64,000 bases of DNA from an uncultured bacterium. Its GTDB lineage: Bacteria > Krumholzibacteriota > Krumholzibacteriia > LZORAL124-64-63. Positions 9,621 through 21,678 of the stretch are shown here, one piece after another (position 1 is the stretch's first letter; each line of letters begins with the position of its first letter). The notes under the pieces were generated by a model. That model did no database searches. It worked only from the letters and a program-made list of their open reading frames with translations, and was not told the origin of the DNA. Position numbers and translations under genes: made by a program. Location: NCBI GenBank assembly GCA_963732385.1, contig CAVSZB010000007.1:1344001-1408000 (forward strand), read 5' to 3'.

Positions 9621-10544
9621 ATGCGCCGCTGCCCGCGTACCGTTCTGGCGCTGCTCGCCATTCTCTGCCTCGCCCCTCTCCTCGCCCGGGGCGCGCCCGC
9701 CGGACCGTCCGACAGACCTGCCGTCGCCGACACGACCACTCTGCGGCCGCTGCCGGAATACGGGCGAGGCGCGGCGACCCCACGACCCGACCCCGCAACG
9801 CCCGGCGACGAACGCGAGAGGCGCGGCGAGCGGGAGATGGTGCTCATCCACGGTCTCGGCTCCGACGCCGGGGTCTGGACGCCGATGGTGGCGACCCTGT
9901 CGCGGACGTACCGGGTCCGACTCTACGAACTTCCGGGCCATGGCCGCACCCAGCCAGTGCCGAACCTCACGATCGTCTCGGCCGCGGCCGACCTGGAGCG
10001 CTTCCTGAAGGAGCGCGACATCGTGCAGCCGGTGCTGGTGGGACACGCCATGGGAGGGCTGGTCGCGATGCGGTACGCGTTCGACCATCCCGCGGCGATC
10101 AAACGGCTCGTGCTGATCGACGCAGCGCCGAAGCAGCTCGCCACGCCGGAGCAGAAGTCGCTGATCACCGACCGGCTGCTGACCGACTACAACCGATTCG
10201 TGGCTGAAACCTACGCCCGGATGAGCCCCGACCCGGAAATCACCCGCCGCATCGTCGACCAGGCGCTCAAGACCGACCGCCCCAGTTTCACCTCGATGCT
10301 TTTGAGCAGCTTCTCGTTCGACCTCACCGAGGAGCTGCCCCGCCAGGCGGTGCCGATACTGCTCGTGGGCAGCGGGATGCTGCTGCCAACCGACCAGAAT
10401 ATCCCGGCACAGCTCGACGCGCTCGGCTACACCAACGCGCGCACGATAAGCTTCAAGCGGATCGACCGGACCGGCCACTTCGTCATGCTCGAGCAGCCGG
10501 ACTTCCTCGCGAGCGTCATCGTGGCCTGGTGCGATCTGAACTGA
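9621..10544 (+). CDS. Exported alpha/beta-hydrolase-fold protein with Ala at the nucleophile position
   Basis: SD GAAAGGA; signal peptide; LIHGLG, ELPGHGRT, GHAMGG, TGHFVMLEQP. Confidence 0.85.
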   Translation: MRRCPRTVLALLAILCLAPLLARGAPAGPSDRPAVADTTTLRPLPEYGRGAATPRPDPATPGDERERRGEREMVLIHGLGSDAGVWTPMVATLSRTYRVRLYELPGHGRTQPVPNLTIVSAAADLERFLKERDIVQPVLVGHAMGGLVAMRYAFDHPAAIKRLVLIDAAPKQLATPEQKSLITDRLLTDYNRFVAETYARMSPDPEITRRIVDQALKTDRPSFTSMLLSSFSFDLTEELPRQAVPILLVGSGMLLPTDQNIPAQLDALGYTNARTISFKRIDRTGHFVMLEQPDFLASVIVAWCDLN

Positions 10545-10650
10545 CCGGTCCGTGGCGCCGCGCGGGTTGCCGCCGCGACGGTTTCAGCGGATATTTGATA
10601 GTCTTTATCAGATGACGTCGTGGTCCCCCTTCAATCGCCACGGTCTGCCG

Positions 10651-12819
10651 ATGCTGATGCCTCTTTTCCAACTCCTTCACCTGCCCCGCCTCCGGCCGGG
10701 CGTACGGACGGCCGCGCTGGCCGTGGCGATCCTGTTGGCGGCCGCGGCGAACCCGGCGGCGGCGTACATCGGGCCGGGCGCCGGCTTCGCGCTGGGCGGT
10801 TCGTTCCTGTTCGCGCTGATCGGCCTGCTGGTCGCGGCGGCGGCGGTTGCGCTCTGGCCGCTGCGCGCGCTGACGCGGGCGGTTCGGCAGCGTGGGCGGA
10901 GCCGCCGGGCGACCGTCGGGCGGGTGGTCGTGCTCGGGCTCGACGGCCTCGATCCGGAGCTCACCGCGCGCGGGATGGCGGCGGGCGAGCTGCCGCACCT
11001 TGCCCACCTGCGTGATACCGGCGCCTTCCGGCGGCTGGCCACCACGACCCCGCCGATCTCGCCGGTGGCCTGGTCGGGCTTCGCCACCGGGGCCGACGCG
11101 AGCCGGCACAACATCTTCGATTTCCTGGGGCGCGACCCGGCCACCCACCTGCCGATCCTCTCCTCCACGCGCCTGACGGCGGGCCGCCCCGGCTTGCGGA
11201 TCGGGCCGTGGACGCTCGGCGGACGGCCGCCGCGCCACGAACTTCTGCGGCGCAGCCGCACCTTCTGGCGCATCCTCGGCGAGCACGGGGTGCGCAGCGC
11301 CATCCTGCGGGTGCCGATCACCTTCCCGCCCGAGAAGTTCAACGGCCTGATGCTGGCGGCCATGTGCGTGCCGGATCTGCGCGGCACGCAGGGCACGTTC
11401 ACGCACTACTCCAGCGCACCGCCACCGGCCGGCGAGACGACCGGCGGCACCCGCGCCCCGCTCCGTCCCGACGGCGACGGCGCCTGGCGCGGCGAGATCG
11501 TTGGTCCGGACGACCCGCGCGGCCACGGCCGGCCGCCACTGGCGCTGCCGCTGCGGCTGACCGTCGACCCGGCGGCGGGCCTCGCCCTTCTCGACCTGGA
11601 CGGTCAGAGCGTGGAGCTGCGCGCCGGCCGACAGAGCCCCTGGCTGCGCCTCGCTTTTGGCGCCGGACGCGCCCAGGTGCACGGTCTCTGCCGGGTCCGT
11701 CTGACCTCGTTCGCCGATCCGGTGTCGTTATACATGACACCGCTGCACGTCGACCCCGAGCACCCGGCGTTGCCGCTCTCGCACCCGGCCCACTACGCCA
11801 TCGCCCTGGCGAAGCTGCACGGTCCGTACGCCACGCTCGGCCTGGCCGAAGACACCTGGGCGCTGAACGAAGGGGTGCTCGACGAGAGCGCCTTCCTGGA
11901 GCAGGCGTGGGCGGTGCACGCGGAGCGCGAGCGGCAGTTCTTCCACGCCCTCGACCGGCAGCGCGACGGCGTCGTGGCGGCGGTCTTCGACGCCACCGAC
12001 CGCATCCAGCACATGTTCTTCCGTCATCTCGACCCGACGCACCCGGCGAACCGCGGGCGGGCCCCCTCGCCCCACGCCGACGCCATCGGCGACCTCTACC
12101 GGCGCGCCGACGACCTGGTGGGCCGCACCGTGGCGCGCCTCGGGCCGCGCGACCTGCTGTTCGTGATCTCCGATCACGGCTTCAAGTCGTTCCGACGCGG
12201 CGTCAACCTGAACGCCTGGTTCCGCGCGCACGGCTGGCTGCGCGTGAACGGGGATCCCGCCGACGGCCCGCTGCCGCCGCTCGGACGCGCCGTCGAACCG
12301 TCGGAGATCGATTGGACCCGCACGCGGGCCTACGCGAGCGGCCTGGCCGGCTTCTATCTCAACCTGGCCGGACGCGAGCGGGACGGCCTCGTCACGCCGG
12401 CGGAGGCGCCGACCCTCAGGGCGGAGATCCTGGCGCGGCTGCGCGAGCTGCGCGATCCGGCGCAGGGCGACGAGCCGGTCGTCAGCGCCGCCTGGGATGC
12501 ACGCGACATCTACAAGGGGCCCTACCGCGACAACGCGCCCGACGTGGTGGTCGGCTGGCGCGTCGGCTGGCGCGCCGGCTGGGACGCGGCGGTGGGACGG
12601 GTCACCGACGCGGTGATCGAGGACAACACCCGCGCCTGGTCCGGCGACCACTGCATCGACCCGTCGCTCGTGCCGGGGGTATTCTTCTCCACGCGCCGTC
12701 CGCGCCGCGAGCATCCGGCGCTGATCGACCTCGCGCCGACCATCCTGCGCCTGTTCGGCATCGACCCGCCGGGCCACATGACCGGGCGCGACCTTTTTGA
12801 GGAGAACGTGACGGTATGA
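10651..12819 (+). CDS. Alkaline-phosphatase-superfamily (type I phosphodiesterase/NPP) protein with N-terminal AYIGPG + TM segment
   Basis: LGLDGLD, PPISPVAW, DRIQHMF, SDHGF, WSGDH; start uncertain (10651/10657). Confidence 0.88.
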   Translation: MLMPLFQLLHLPRLRPGVRTAALAVAILLAAAANPAAAYIGPGAGFALGGSFLFALIGLLVAAAAVALWPLRALTRAVRQRGRSRRATVGRVVVLGLDGLDPELTARGMAAGELPHLAHLRDTGAFRRLATTTPPISPVAWSGFATGADASRHNIFDFLGRDPATHLPILSSTRLTAGRPGLRIGPWTLGGRPPRHELLRRSRTFWRILGEHGVRSAILRVPITFPPEKFNGLMLAAMCVPDLRGTQGTFTHYSSAPPPAGETTGGTRAPLRPDGDGAWRGEIVGPDDPRGHGRPPLALPLRLTVDPAAGLALLDLDGQSVELRAGRQSPWLRLAFGAGRAQVHGLCRVRLTSFADPVSLYMTPLHVDPEHPALPLSHPAHYAIALAKLHGPYATLGLAEDTWALNEGVLDESAFLEQAWAVHAERERQFFHALDRQRDGVVAAVFDATDRIQHMFFRHLDPTHPANRGRAPSPHADAIGDLYRRADDLVGRTVARLGPRDLLFVISDHGFKSFRRGVNLNAWFRAHGWLRVNGDPADGPLPPLGRAVEPSEIDWTRTRAYASGLAGFYLNLAGRERDGLVTPAEAPTLRAEILARLRELRDPAQGDEPVVSAAWDARDIYKGPYRDNAPDVVVGWRVGWRAGWDAAVGRVTDAVIEDNTRAWSGDHCIDPSLVPGVFFSTRRPRREHPALIDLAPTILRLFGIDPPGHMTGRDLFEENVTV

Positions 12820-14831
12820 AGCAACCTCGCCCACGGTGCGTTCTGCTGGTGGCCTGCGGCCTCGTGCTGCTGGCCGCAGCCGCGCCGCCCCCCGCCCTCG
12901 CCGCCACCGCCGGCGACGCCAAGGTGATGGTGATCGGCTTCGACGGCATGGACCCGCAGCTGCTGGCGCGGTTCCTCGCCGCAGGAACCATGCCCAACTT
13001 CGCCCGCTTCAGGCAGGACGGAGGCTACGCGCAGCTCGGCACCGCGGTGCCGCCGCAGTCGCCGGTGGCGTGGGCCGACTTCATCACCGGCCAGGACGCC
13101 GGCGGGCACGGCATCTTCGATTTCATCCACCGCGACCCGCAGACGCTCATTCCCTTCCTCTCGACCTCCGAGGCGACGCCGGCCGCCGACTACTTTCGCC
13201 TCGGCAAGTGGAAGTTCCCCCGCGGCGCGGCCGAAGTGCAGCTGCTGCGGCACGGCACGGCGTTCTGGGAGCTGCTGGCCGACGCCGGCGTCGACGTGAC
13301 CATCTTCAAGATCCCGTCGAACTTCCCGCCGGTGGAATGCGAGGCGCGGCAGCTGTCGGGCATGGGGACGCCCGACATCCTCGGCACGTACGGCGTCTTC
13401 ACCTACATCACCGACGACCCGCCGGCCGACACCGACCTGGCGGGCGGCCGCGTGGTGGTCGTCAGCACTGACAGCGGGCGCTTCAGCGTCGACATTCCCG
13501 GCCCGCTCAACACCTATCGCGAGGGTGATCCCGAGGCGCGGGTGCACCTCGAGGCCATGCTCGATCCGGGGAATCCGGCGGTCGCTTTCCGGGCCGGCGA
13601 CACGCGGTTCGTCCTCCAGCCTGGCGAGTGGAGCGACTGGGTGACGCTGCGCTTCCCGCTGGTGCCGTGGCTGCGGCACGTGCCGGGGCTGTCGGACAGG
13701 GCGGAGGTGACGGGGATCTGCCGCTTCTACCTGATGGAGACCCGCCCCTCGTTCCGCCTCTACGCGACGCCGATCCAGATCGACCCGCGCCAGCCCGCCA
13801 TGCCGATCAGCACGCCGCGCGACTACTCCCGCGAGCTGGCCCGAACGATCGGTCCGTTCTACACGCAGGGACTGCCGGAGGACACCAAGGCGCTCGAAGC
13901 GGGAGTGCTGGACGACGACGAATACATCTCGCTGTCCGGCAACGTCCTGCAGGAGCGCCTGGCGCAGCTGCGCCACGAACTGGCCCGTTTCCACGACCTG
14001 CGCAGCGGCTTCCTCTTCTTCTACTTCAACAACCCCGACCAGAACTGCCACATGTTCTGGCGGGCGATGGATCCCTCTTCGCCGCTGCACGCCGAGTCGG
14101 TGGCACACAACGGCCGGATCCGCGACGTCTATGCCGCCATGGACGCCGCCCTCGGCGAGGCGTTGGCCGCGACCGACGACCGCACCACCGTCATCCTCAT
14201 GTCCGACCACGGCTTCGCCCCGTACAACCGTTCGTTCCACGTCAACAGCTGGCTGCTGGAGAACGGCTACCTGGTGCTGCAGCCGGGCGTGGACCGCGCG
14301 TCGGTGAACTACCTCTCCGGCGTCGACTGGGCCCGCACGCGGGCGTACGCCCTCGGCATCAACGGCCTGTACCTCAACCTGCGGGGACGCGAGTCGCGCG
14401 GCTCGGTCGAGCCTGCGCAGCGAGAGGCGCTGCTGGCCGAGCTCGAGGCGAAGCTCGAGACGGTCGTCGACCCGGCGGACGGACAGCGCGCGATCAAGTA
14501 CGCCTATCGCGCCGACCGCATCTACCACGGGCCGCACGCGGCTGAGGGGCCTGACATCATCCTCGGCTACTACCGCGGCTTCCGCGGCTCGAACGAGTCG
14601 GCGCTGGGGGCGATCCCCGACGGGATCTTCGCCGACAACCGGCTCAAGTGGAGCGGCGACCACTGCATGGCGGCCGACGAGGTGCCGGGCGTGATCCTGG
14701 CCAACCGCCCGATTCTGAAAGACGACCCGACGCTGCGCGACCTCGCCCCCACGCTGCTGCGCCTCTTCGGCGTCGCGCCGACCCCCGAGATGACCGGCGG
14801 CGACATCTTCGCCGTGAAAGGAGCCCGCTGA
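12816..14831 (+). CDS. Second alkaline-phosphatase-superfamily protein with signal peptide (paralog of the upstream gene)
   Basis: IGFDGMD, PPQSPVAW, DQNCHMF, SDHGF, WSGDH; ATGA overlap with the upstream gene. Confidence 0.88.
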   Translation: MKQPRPRCVLLVACGLVLLAAAAPPPALAATAGDAKVMVIGFDGMDPQLLARFLAAGTMPNFARFRQDGGYAQLGTAVPPQSPVAWADFITGQDAGGHGIFDFIHRDPQTLIPFLSTSEATPAADYFRLGKWKFPRGAAEVQLLRHGTAFWELLADAGVDVTIFKIPSNFPPVECEARQLSGMGTPDILGTYGVFTYITDDPPADTDLAGGRVVVVSTDSGRFSVDIPGPLNTYREGDPEARVHLEAMLDPGNPAVAFRAGDTRFVLQPGEWSDWVTLRFPLVPWLRHVPGLSDRAEVTGICRFYLMETRPSFRLYATPIQIDPRQPAMPISTPRDYSRELARTIGPFYTQGLPEDTKALEAGVLDDDEYISLSGNVLQERLAQLRHELARFHDLRSGFLFFYFNNPDQNCHMFWRAMDPSSPLHAESVAHNGRIRDVYAAMDAALGEALAATDDRTTVILMSDHGFAPYNRSFHVNSWLLENGYLVLQPGVDRASVNYLSGVDWARTRAYALGINGLYLNLRGRESRGSVEPAQREALLAELEAKLETVVDPADGQRAIKYAYRADRIYHGPHAAEGPDIILGYYRGFRGSNESALGAIPDGIFADNRLKWSGDHCMAADEVPGVILANRPILKDDPTLRDLAPTLLRLFGVAPTPEMTGGDIFAVKGAR

Positions 14832-15025
14832 TGTTCGGGTCGAAGATCGCCATCGACAAGGACCTGCTGTTGCGGGTGAAGAAGTGCGCCGCGATCGCCG
14901 GCTACGCCTCGGCGGAGGAGTTCGTGCAGCACGTGATCGAGCGGGAGCTCGCGAAGTTCGAGGCTGGCGGCGACTCCGAAGAGGAGATCCGCCGGCGGAT
15001 GCAGGGACTCGGGTACATCTCCTAG
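14831..15025 (+). CDS. 64-aa ribbon-helix-helix-like protein with a C-terminal EEEIRRRMQGLGYIS tail
   Basis: SD GAAAGGAG, TGATG coupling; strand-helix-helix pattern KIAIDKDLLLRVKKCAAIAGYASAEEFVQHVIERELAK. Confidence 0.8.
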   Translation: MFGSKIAIDKDLLLRVKKCAAIAGYASAEEFVQHVIERELAKFEAGGDSEEEIRRRMQGLGYIS

Positions 15026-15045
15026 GGACCGGGAGCGCCACAGCT

Positions 15046-15870
15046 GTGAACCTGATCGCCACCGCGATGAATCGCCTCTGCGACCTGCTGGTCGCCCCGT
15101 TCGGCGGGTCGGCCGCATGGGCGGTAACGGTGCTGTCGGCCCTGGCGGGCGTCGGCCTGCTGGCGCTGTTCAAGGTGACGACACCCCAGGCGCGCCTGCG
15201 CGACGTGCGCGCGCGCCTGTTCGGCCACGTCTACGAGTTGGGCCTGTTCCAGGATGACCTCGTGGTCATGCTGCGCATCCAGCGCGATCTCGCGGCGGCG
15301 AACCTGCGCTCGCTGGCCCTCACCCTGCCGGCCCTCGCGGCGATGATCCTGCCGCTGGCTCTGGTTTTGCCGCAATTCGAGGCCCGCTTCGCCCACCGCC
15401 CGCTGCGCCCCGGCGAGGCGGTCGTGGCAACCGCCACGCTCGCGCCGGGCCACGCGTCGCTTCTCGAAAGCCTGCGCCTGACCGGCGACGACGGCGTGAC
15501 CGTCGAGACCCTCCCCGTCCGCGACCGCCAGGCCGCCACCGCGCAGTGGCGAGTCCGCGTAAGGACCCCCGGCCGCCACGAACTGACCGTGCACGCCGAC
15601 GGCGGCCTGTCCTGGACGAAAAGGCTCGAGGCGGGCGGCGGGCTGCCGGCTATGGCGACCGGGCGCGAACGCGGCGGGCTGCGCGCGTCCCTGCTCAGCC
15701 CCGCCGAACCGCCGCTGCCGCGCGACGCCGCCCTGGCCGCCCTCGCGATCGAATTGCCGGCGCGCGAGACCCGCTACGCCGGCGCGCGTCTCTCCTGGCT
15801 GGCGGCGTTCTGCCTCTTCTCTCTCGCGGCCGGTCTGGCGGTCAGACCGCTGCTGCGGGTGGAGGTCTGA
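15046..15870 (+). CDS. Membrane protein, DUF106/EMC3-TMCO1-like layout with an inserted beta-rich domain
   Basis: TM1, helical hairpin, TM2, beta-rich insert, C-terminal W..FCLFS....RPLL TM; GTG start after GGGAG. Confidence 0.6.
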   Translation: MNLIATAMNRLCDLLVAPFGGSAAWAVTVLSALAGVGLLALFKVTTPQARLRDVRARLFGHVYELGLFQDDLVVMLRIQRDLAAANLRSLALTLPALAAMILPLALVLPQFEARFAHRPLRPGEAVVATATLAPGHASLLESLRLTGDDGVTVETLPVRDRQAATAQWRVRVRTPGRHELTVHADGGLSWTKRLEAGGGLPAMATGRERGGLRASLLSPAEPPLPRDAALAALAIELPARETRYAGARLSWLAAFCLFSLAAGLAVRPLLRVEV

Positions 15871-15986
15871 GGTCGGCGACAGCGTTCCGTCCCGCCAGAA
15901 CCCTTCCTTTCCGCGGCCAAAAACGGCGCGGCGCCCCCACCGGGGAGCGCCGCGCCCGACCGCACCGCGAAGTCTGCCCACACCCG

Positions 15987-18455
<2,469 letters not shown>

Positions 18456-18480
18456 GACGACCCCTCTCTTGCAGGATGAC

Positions 18481-18677
18481 GAACAGACGGAATGCCAGCA
18501 GCCGGGCGCTCCCTGTCCGCGACGGACGAGGCCCGGTTGAAAACCAAGTTTCCGCAGTCCATTTGTGCCGCGAAGCGACAACTTGTCAAGACGCGATGCG
18601 TGTCCGAGGCCGGCGGAAACACCCGCACGCGTCCGAAACGACGCCACATGTTAGCCATGAACAGCCGGAGTGCCAGC
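18481..18677. repeat. 19-bp direct repeat pair (18481-18499, 18659-18677) in the hppA / GT intergenic region
   Basis: GAACAGACGGAATGCCAGC vs GAACAGCCGGAGTGCCAGC, 17/19 identical. Confidence 0.75.
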
Positions 18678-18782
18678 CTGAAATGAAGGCCCCCGGAGCG
18701 CGCGAGCCGGTTGCCCCGCTCCGCTCCCCCTGCTAGGCTGCGCTCCGCTCCCCAGAGCCAGGGGATGGAGGTGATTCCTGAC

Positions 18783-20420
18783 ATGGAACACGCGAACGGG
18801 TGGCGGGCATGCTGGCTGCCGGCCGGTCTGGGCCTGCTGGCCGCCCTGCTCATCTTCCCCGGGCTGGGCGCCGGCAGCCTGCACAACCGCGACGAGGCCC
18901 GACACGCGCTCGTGGCCGAGAACATCCTGGGTGACGGAGACTGGCTCACGCTCCACCACGAGGACGCGCCGTACTTCAACAAGGCGCCGCTGAAGTTCTG
19001 GCTGACCGCGCTGACCTTCCGCCTCGGCGGCGTGAACGCCTGGACGGCCCGTCTCTGGTCGGCGTTGTTCGCCTGGGGCGCTGTCGTCGTGACCGGCCTG
19101 CTCGGCGCGCGCCTGTACGACCGGCGCACCGGGCTGCTGGCCGCGTTCATCCTGGCCACCTCCACGCAGTTCCTCTACAGCCACTGCGCCCGCACCGGTG
19201 AACTGGACTCGGCGCTGCTCTTTTTCTGGACGCTGGCCTGTCTGCTCGTCGTCGCCGGGACACGCCACCGCCTCCTCTTCTATCTCGGCTGCGCCGCCGT
19301 GGGCCTGTGTGGGATGGTCAAGCACCTCGGCTTCGTGCCGGAGTTGCTGCTGATTCTCGGGTTGTGGCTCGGCCTGGGGGGGCACTGGCGCGCACTCGGC
19401 GCGACCACCCTGCTGCGCGGACTGGGGATCGTGCTGCTGGTCGCGCTGCCGTGGCACGCCTGGGAGTATGTGCGGCACGGCGCGGCGTTCATCGACACCT
19501 ACTTCGGGCGCGAGATGATCTACCGCAGCATCGAATACGGCAACACGCGGCCTGACGAACGCTTCTTCCTGGTCGTGCTCAAGGATGGGCTCTTCCCCTG
19601 GTCGCTGCTGCTGCCCCTGGCGATCTGGCGGCTGACGCGCACGCGCGCCCCGCTCGCGCTGCGGCCGGCACTGCTGCCGGCCCTGTGGAGCGCGATCGTC
19701 ATCGTCCTGATCACGGCCAGCCGGGTCAAGCTGCCGTGGTACGTGCTGCCAGCCTATCCGGCCCTCGCCCTGCTGTTGGCCCGTTTCGTCTCCACGGAAT
19801 GGGTCCTGCGCCCGACGCGCACACTGGACACGCTGGTGGGCGCCACCTGGCTCGTGATTGCGCTCTCCCCCGTCAACGTCGGGCGCTTCAACCCGTTCGC
19901 CGTGCCGGCCCAGGATGGAATGGTCAAGGCGGATCTGCTGGGACTGCTCCAGGGGGGCGGAGTCGGGCCGTGGCCCGCATCGGCGCTGACCGGGCTCGCG
20001 GCCCTGGGCGCTTTGGCAGCCACGGCCGCGGCCCTGCTTTCGGCGCGCGGCCCGGTGACGAATCCGCGGGCGGCGCTCGCCAGGCGGATGGCTTTCGCGG
20101 TCCTCTGCGTCCTGGCGCTGGGGACGGCCGCGGCGCCGCTGCGCTTCGCCACGACGCGGTCGCCGCTGGACCTGCTGGTCGCGCGCGCCGGCGCCTTCGT
20201 CTCCCCCGCGGACACCGTCGCCGTCGACCTCGACGCCGACCTCCGGTCCGACGACCGGGCCGAATTCTCCCTGCGGCGCCTGCCCGGACAGCGCGTAGCC
20301 GCGCTCGCGCCAGGCACGCGCTGGCTGTTGACGTCGCGGACGGAGACGTCCCCGCGTCACCGCGCGGACTGGCGGGAGGTCCTGCGCCAGGGCGACCTGG
20401 TGCTGCTGCAACGGCGCTGA
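18783..20420 (+). CDS. ArnT/PMT-like GT-C glycosyltransferase
   Basis: DEARHA...GDWLT...YFNKAPLKFWL...ARLWSA, KLPWYVLPAYP; multi-TM; SD GGAGGT. Confidence 0.88.
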   Translation: MEHANGWRACWLPAGLGLLAALLIFPGLGAGSLHNRDEARHALVAENILGDGDWLTLHHEDAPYFNKAPLKFWLTALTFRLGGVNAWTARLWSALFAWGAVVVTGLLGARLYDRRTGLLAAFILATSTQFLYSHCARTGELDSALLFFWTLACLLVVAGTRHRLLFYLGCAAVGLCGMVKHLGFVPELLLILGLWLGLGGHWRALGATTLLRGLGIVLLVALPWHAWEYVRHGAAFIDTYFGREMIYRSIEYGNTRPDERFFLVVLKDGLFPWSLLLPLAIWRLTRTRAPLALRPALLPALWSAIVIVLITASRVKLPWYVLPAYPALALLLARFVSTEWVLRPTRTLDTLVGATWLVIALSPVNVGRFNPFAVPAQDGMVKADLLGLLQGGGVGPWPASALTGLAALGALAATAAALLSARGPVTNPRAALARRMAFAVLCVLALGTAAAPLRFATTRSPLDLLVARAGAFVSPADTVAVDLDADLRSDDRAEFSLRRLPGQRVAALAPGTRWLLTSRTETSPRHRADWREVLRQGDLVLLQRR

Positions 20421-20427
20421 GCCGCGC

Positions 20428-21678
20428 CTACTCGTAGCGGAGCGCCTCCACCGGATCCATCCGCGCCGCGCGGTTGGCCGGGTAGACGCCGAAGATCACC
20501 CCGATCGCGACCGAGAAGAGTACGGCGCCAAGGGTGACCCAGGGGGAGATCGCGAACGGGAAGTGCAGCAGTTTCGTGGTGCCCCAGGAGAGCAGATAGC
20601 CGAAGACGATGCCGACCATGCCACCGATTCCGGTCAGCGTACCGGCTTCGATCAGCACCTGCGTGAGCAGGTCCTGGCGGCGCGCGCCGACCGCCATGCG
20701 GATGCCGATCTCCCGCGTGCGCTCCGTCACCGAGATCAGCATGATGTTCATCACCCCGATGCCGCCGACCATCAGGCCGATCGACGACAACACCACCAGG
20801 ACCAGCGCCACCGCCTGGGTCACCTTGTCCACGAGCTCGCCGTAGGTTTCCGAGGCGACGACCTCGAAATCGTTCGACTCGCCCGGCGCGAGCCGGCGCA
20901 CCTGGCGCAGGGCGCCGATCAGGTCGGTCTGGACGGCATCGGTCTCGAAACCTTCGGCCACCGTGGCGGCCACGTTCCGGTCCTCCTGGTTCTTGTCGGC
21001 GAAGTCCTTTTCGAAGGCGGTCCACGGCACCGCCACGAAGTTGTCGCCGAACGACCCCATCAGCTGTTTGCGCGCCTCCATGGCCCCCACGATCTGGTAG
21101 GGACGGCCGTAGAGGTTGAGCACCTTGCCAATGGGATCCTGGCGCGGGAAGAGATCGGAGCGCGGGCCATTGCCGAGCACGCAGACGCGCGAGCGCGATG
21201 CGACCTCGCCGGCGGTGAAGTAACGCCCGTCCTCGAGCGTGAAGGAGAAGAGATAGGGGAAGTTCTCGCTGGTGCCGAAGACCTGCACGAAGTTCGTGCG
21301 CTCATCCTCGTAGTGCAGGACCGTGCCATCGTTGTTGCTGATGAAGTAGTCGACCCGGTCGACCCCCTCCACGCCGCGCGCCGCCTCGATGCACTCCGGC
21401 TCGATCTGCGGCCGGCGCAACAGCTTCTCGATGTCCTCGCCGCCCATGCCGGTAAAGCGGGCCACGTACAGGTACGGGCGGCCGGCCGACACGATGTCGT
21501 TGCGGATCTTGTTGCTCAACCCGCCCACGATCGTCACGATCGCCAGCAGGGTGGCCACGCCGATCGCCACGCCGAGGATCAGCAGGCCGCTGCGCATCCG
21601 GTGGCCGCGCATGGTGTGCGCGGCCTGTTCGAGGCTCTCCCGGAAGTGCGGAGAGACGCGCTCGTGCAGGTCACTCAT
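20428..21678 (-). CDS. MacB/FtsX-family ABC transporter permease
   Basis: RSGLLILGVAIGV, VGGIGVMNIMLISVTERTREIGIRMAVGA, YPANRAARMDPVEALRYE. Confidence 0.93.
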   Translation of the reverse strand: MSDLHERVSPHFRESLEQAAHTMRGHRMRSGLLILGVAIGVATLLAIVTIVGGLSNKIRNDIVSAGRPYLYVARFTGMGGEDIEKLLRRPQIEPECIEAARGVEGVDRVDYFISNNDGTVLHYEDERTNFVQVFGTSENFPYLFSFTLEDGRYFTAGEVASRSRVCVLGNGPRSDLFPRQDPIGKVLNLYGRPYQIVGAMEARKQLMGSFGDNFVAVPWTAFEKDFADKNQEDRNVAATVAEGFETDAVQTDLIGALRQVRRLAPGESNDFEVVASETYGELVDKVTQAVALVLVVLSSIGLMVGGIGVMNIMLISVTERTREIGIRMAVGARRQDLLTQVLIEAGTLTGIGGMVGIVFGYLLSWGTTKLLHFPFAISPWVTLGAVLFSVAIGVIFGVYPANRAARMDPVEALRYE

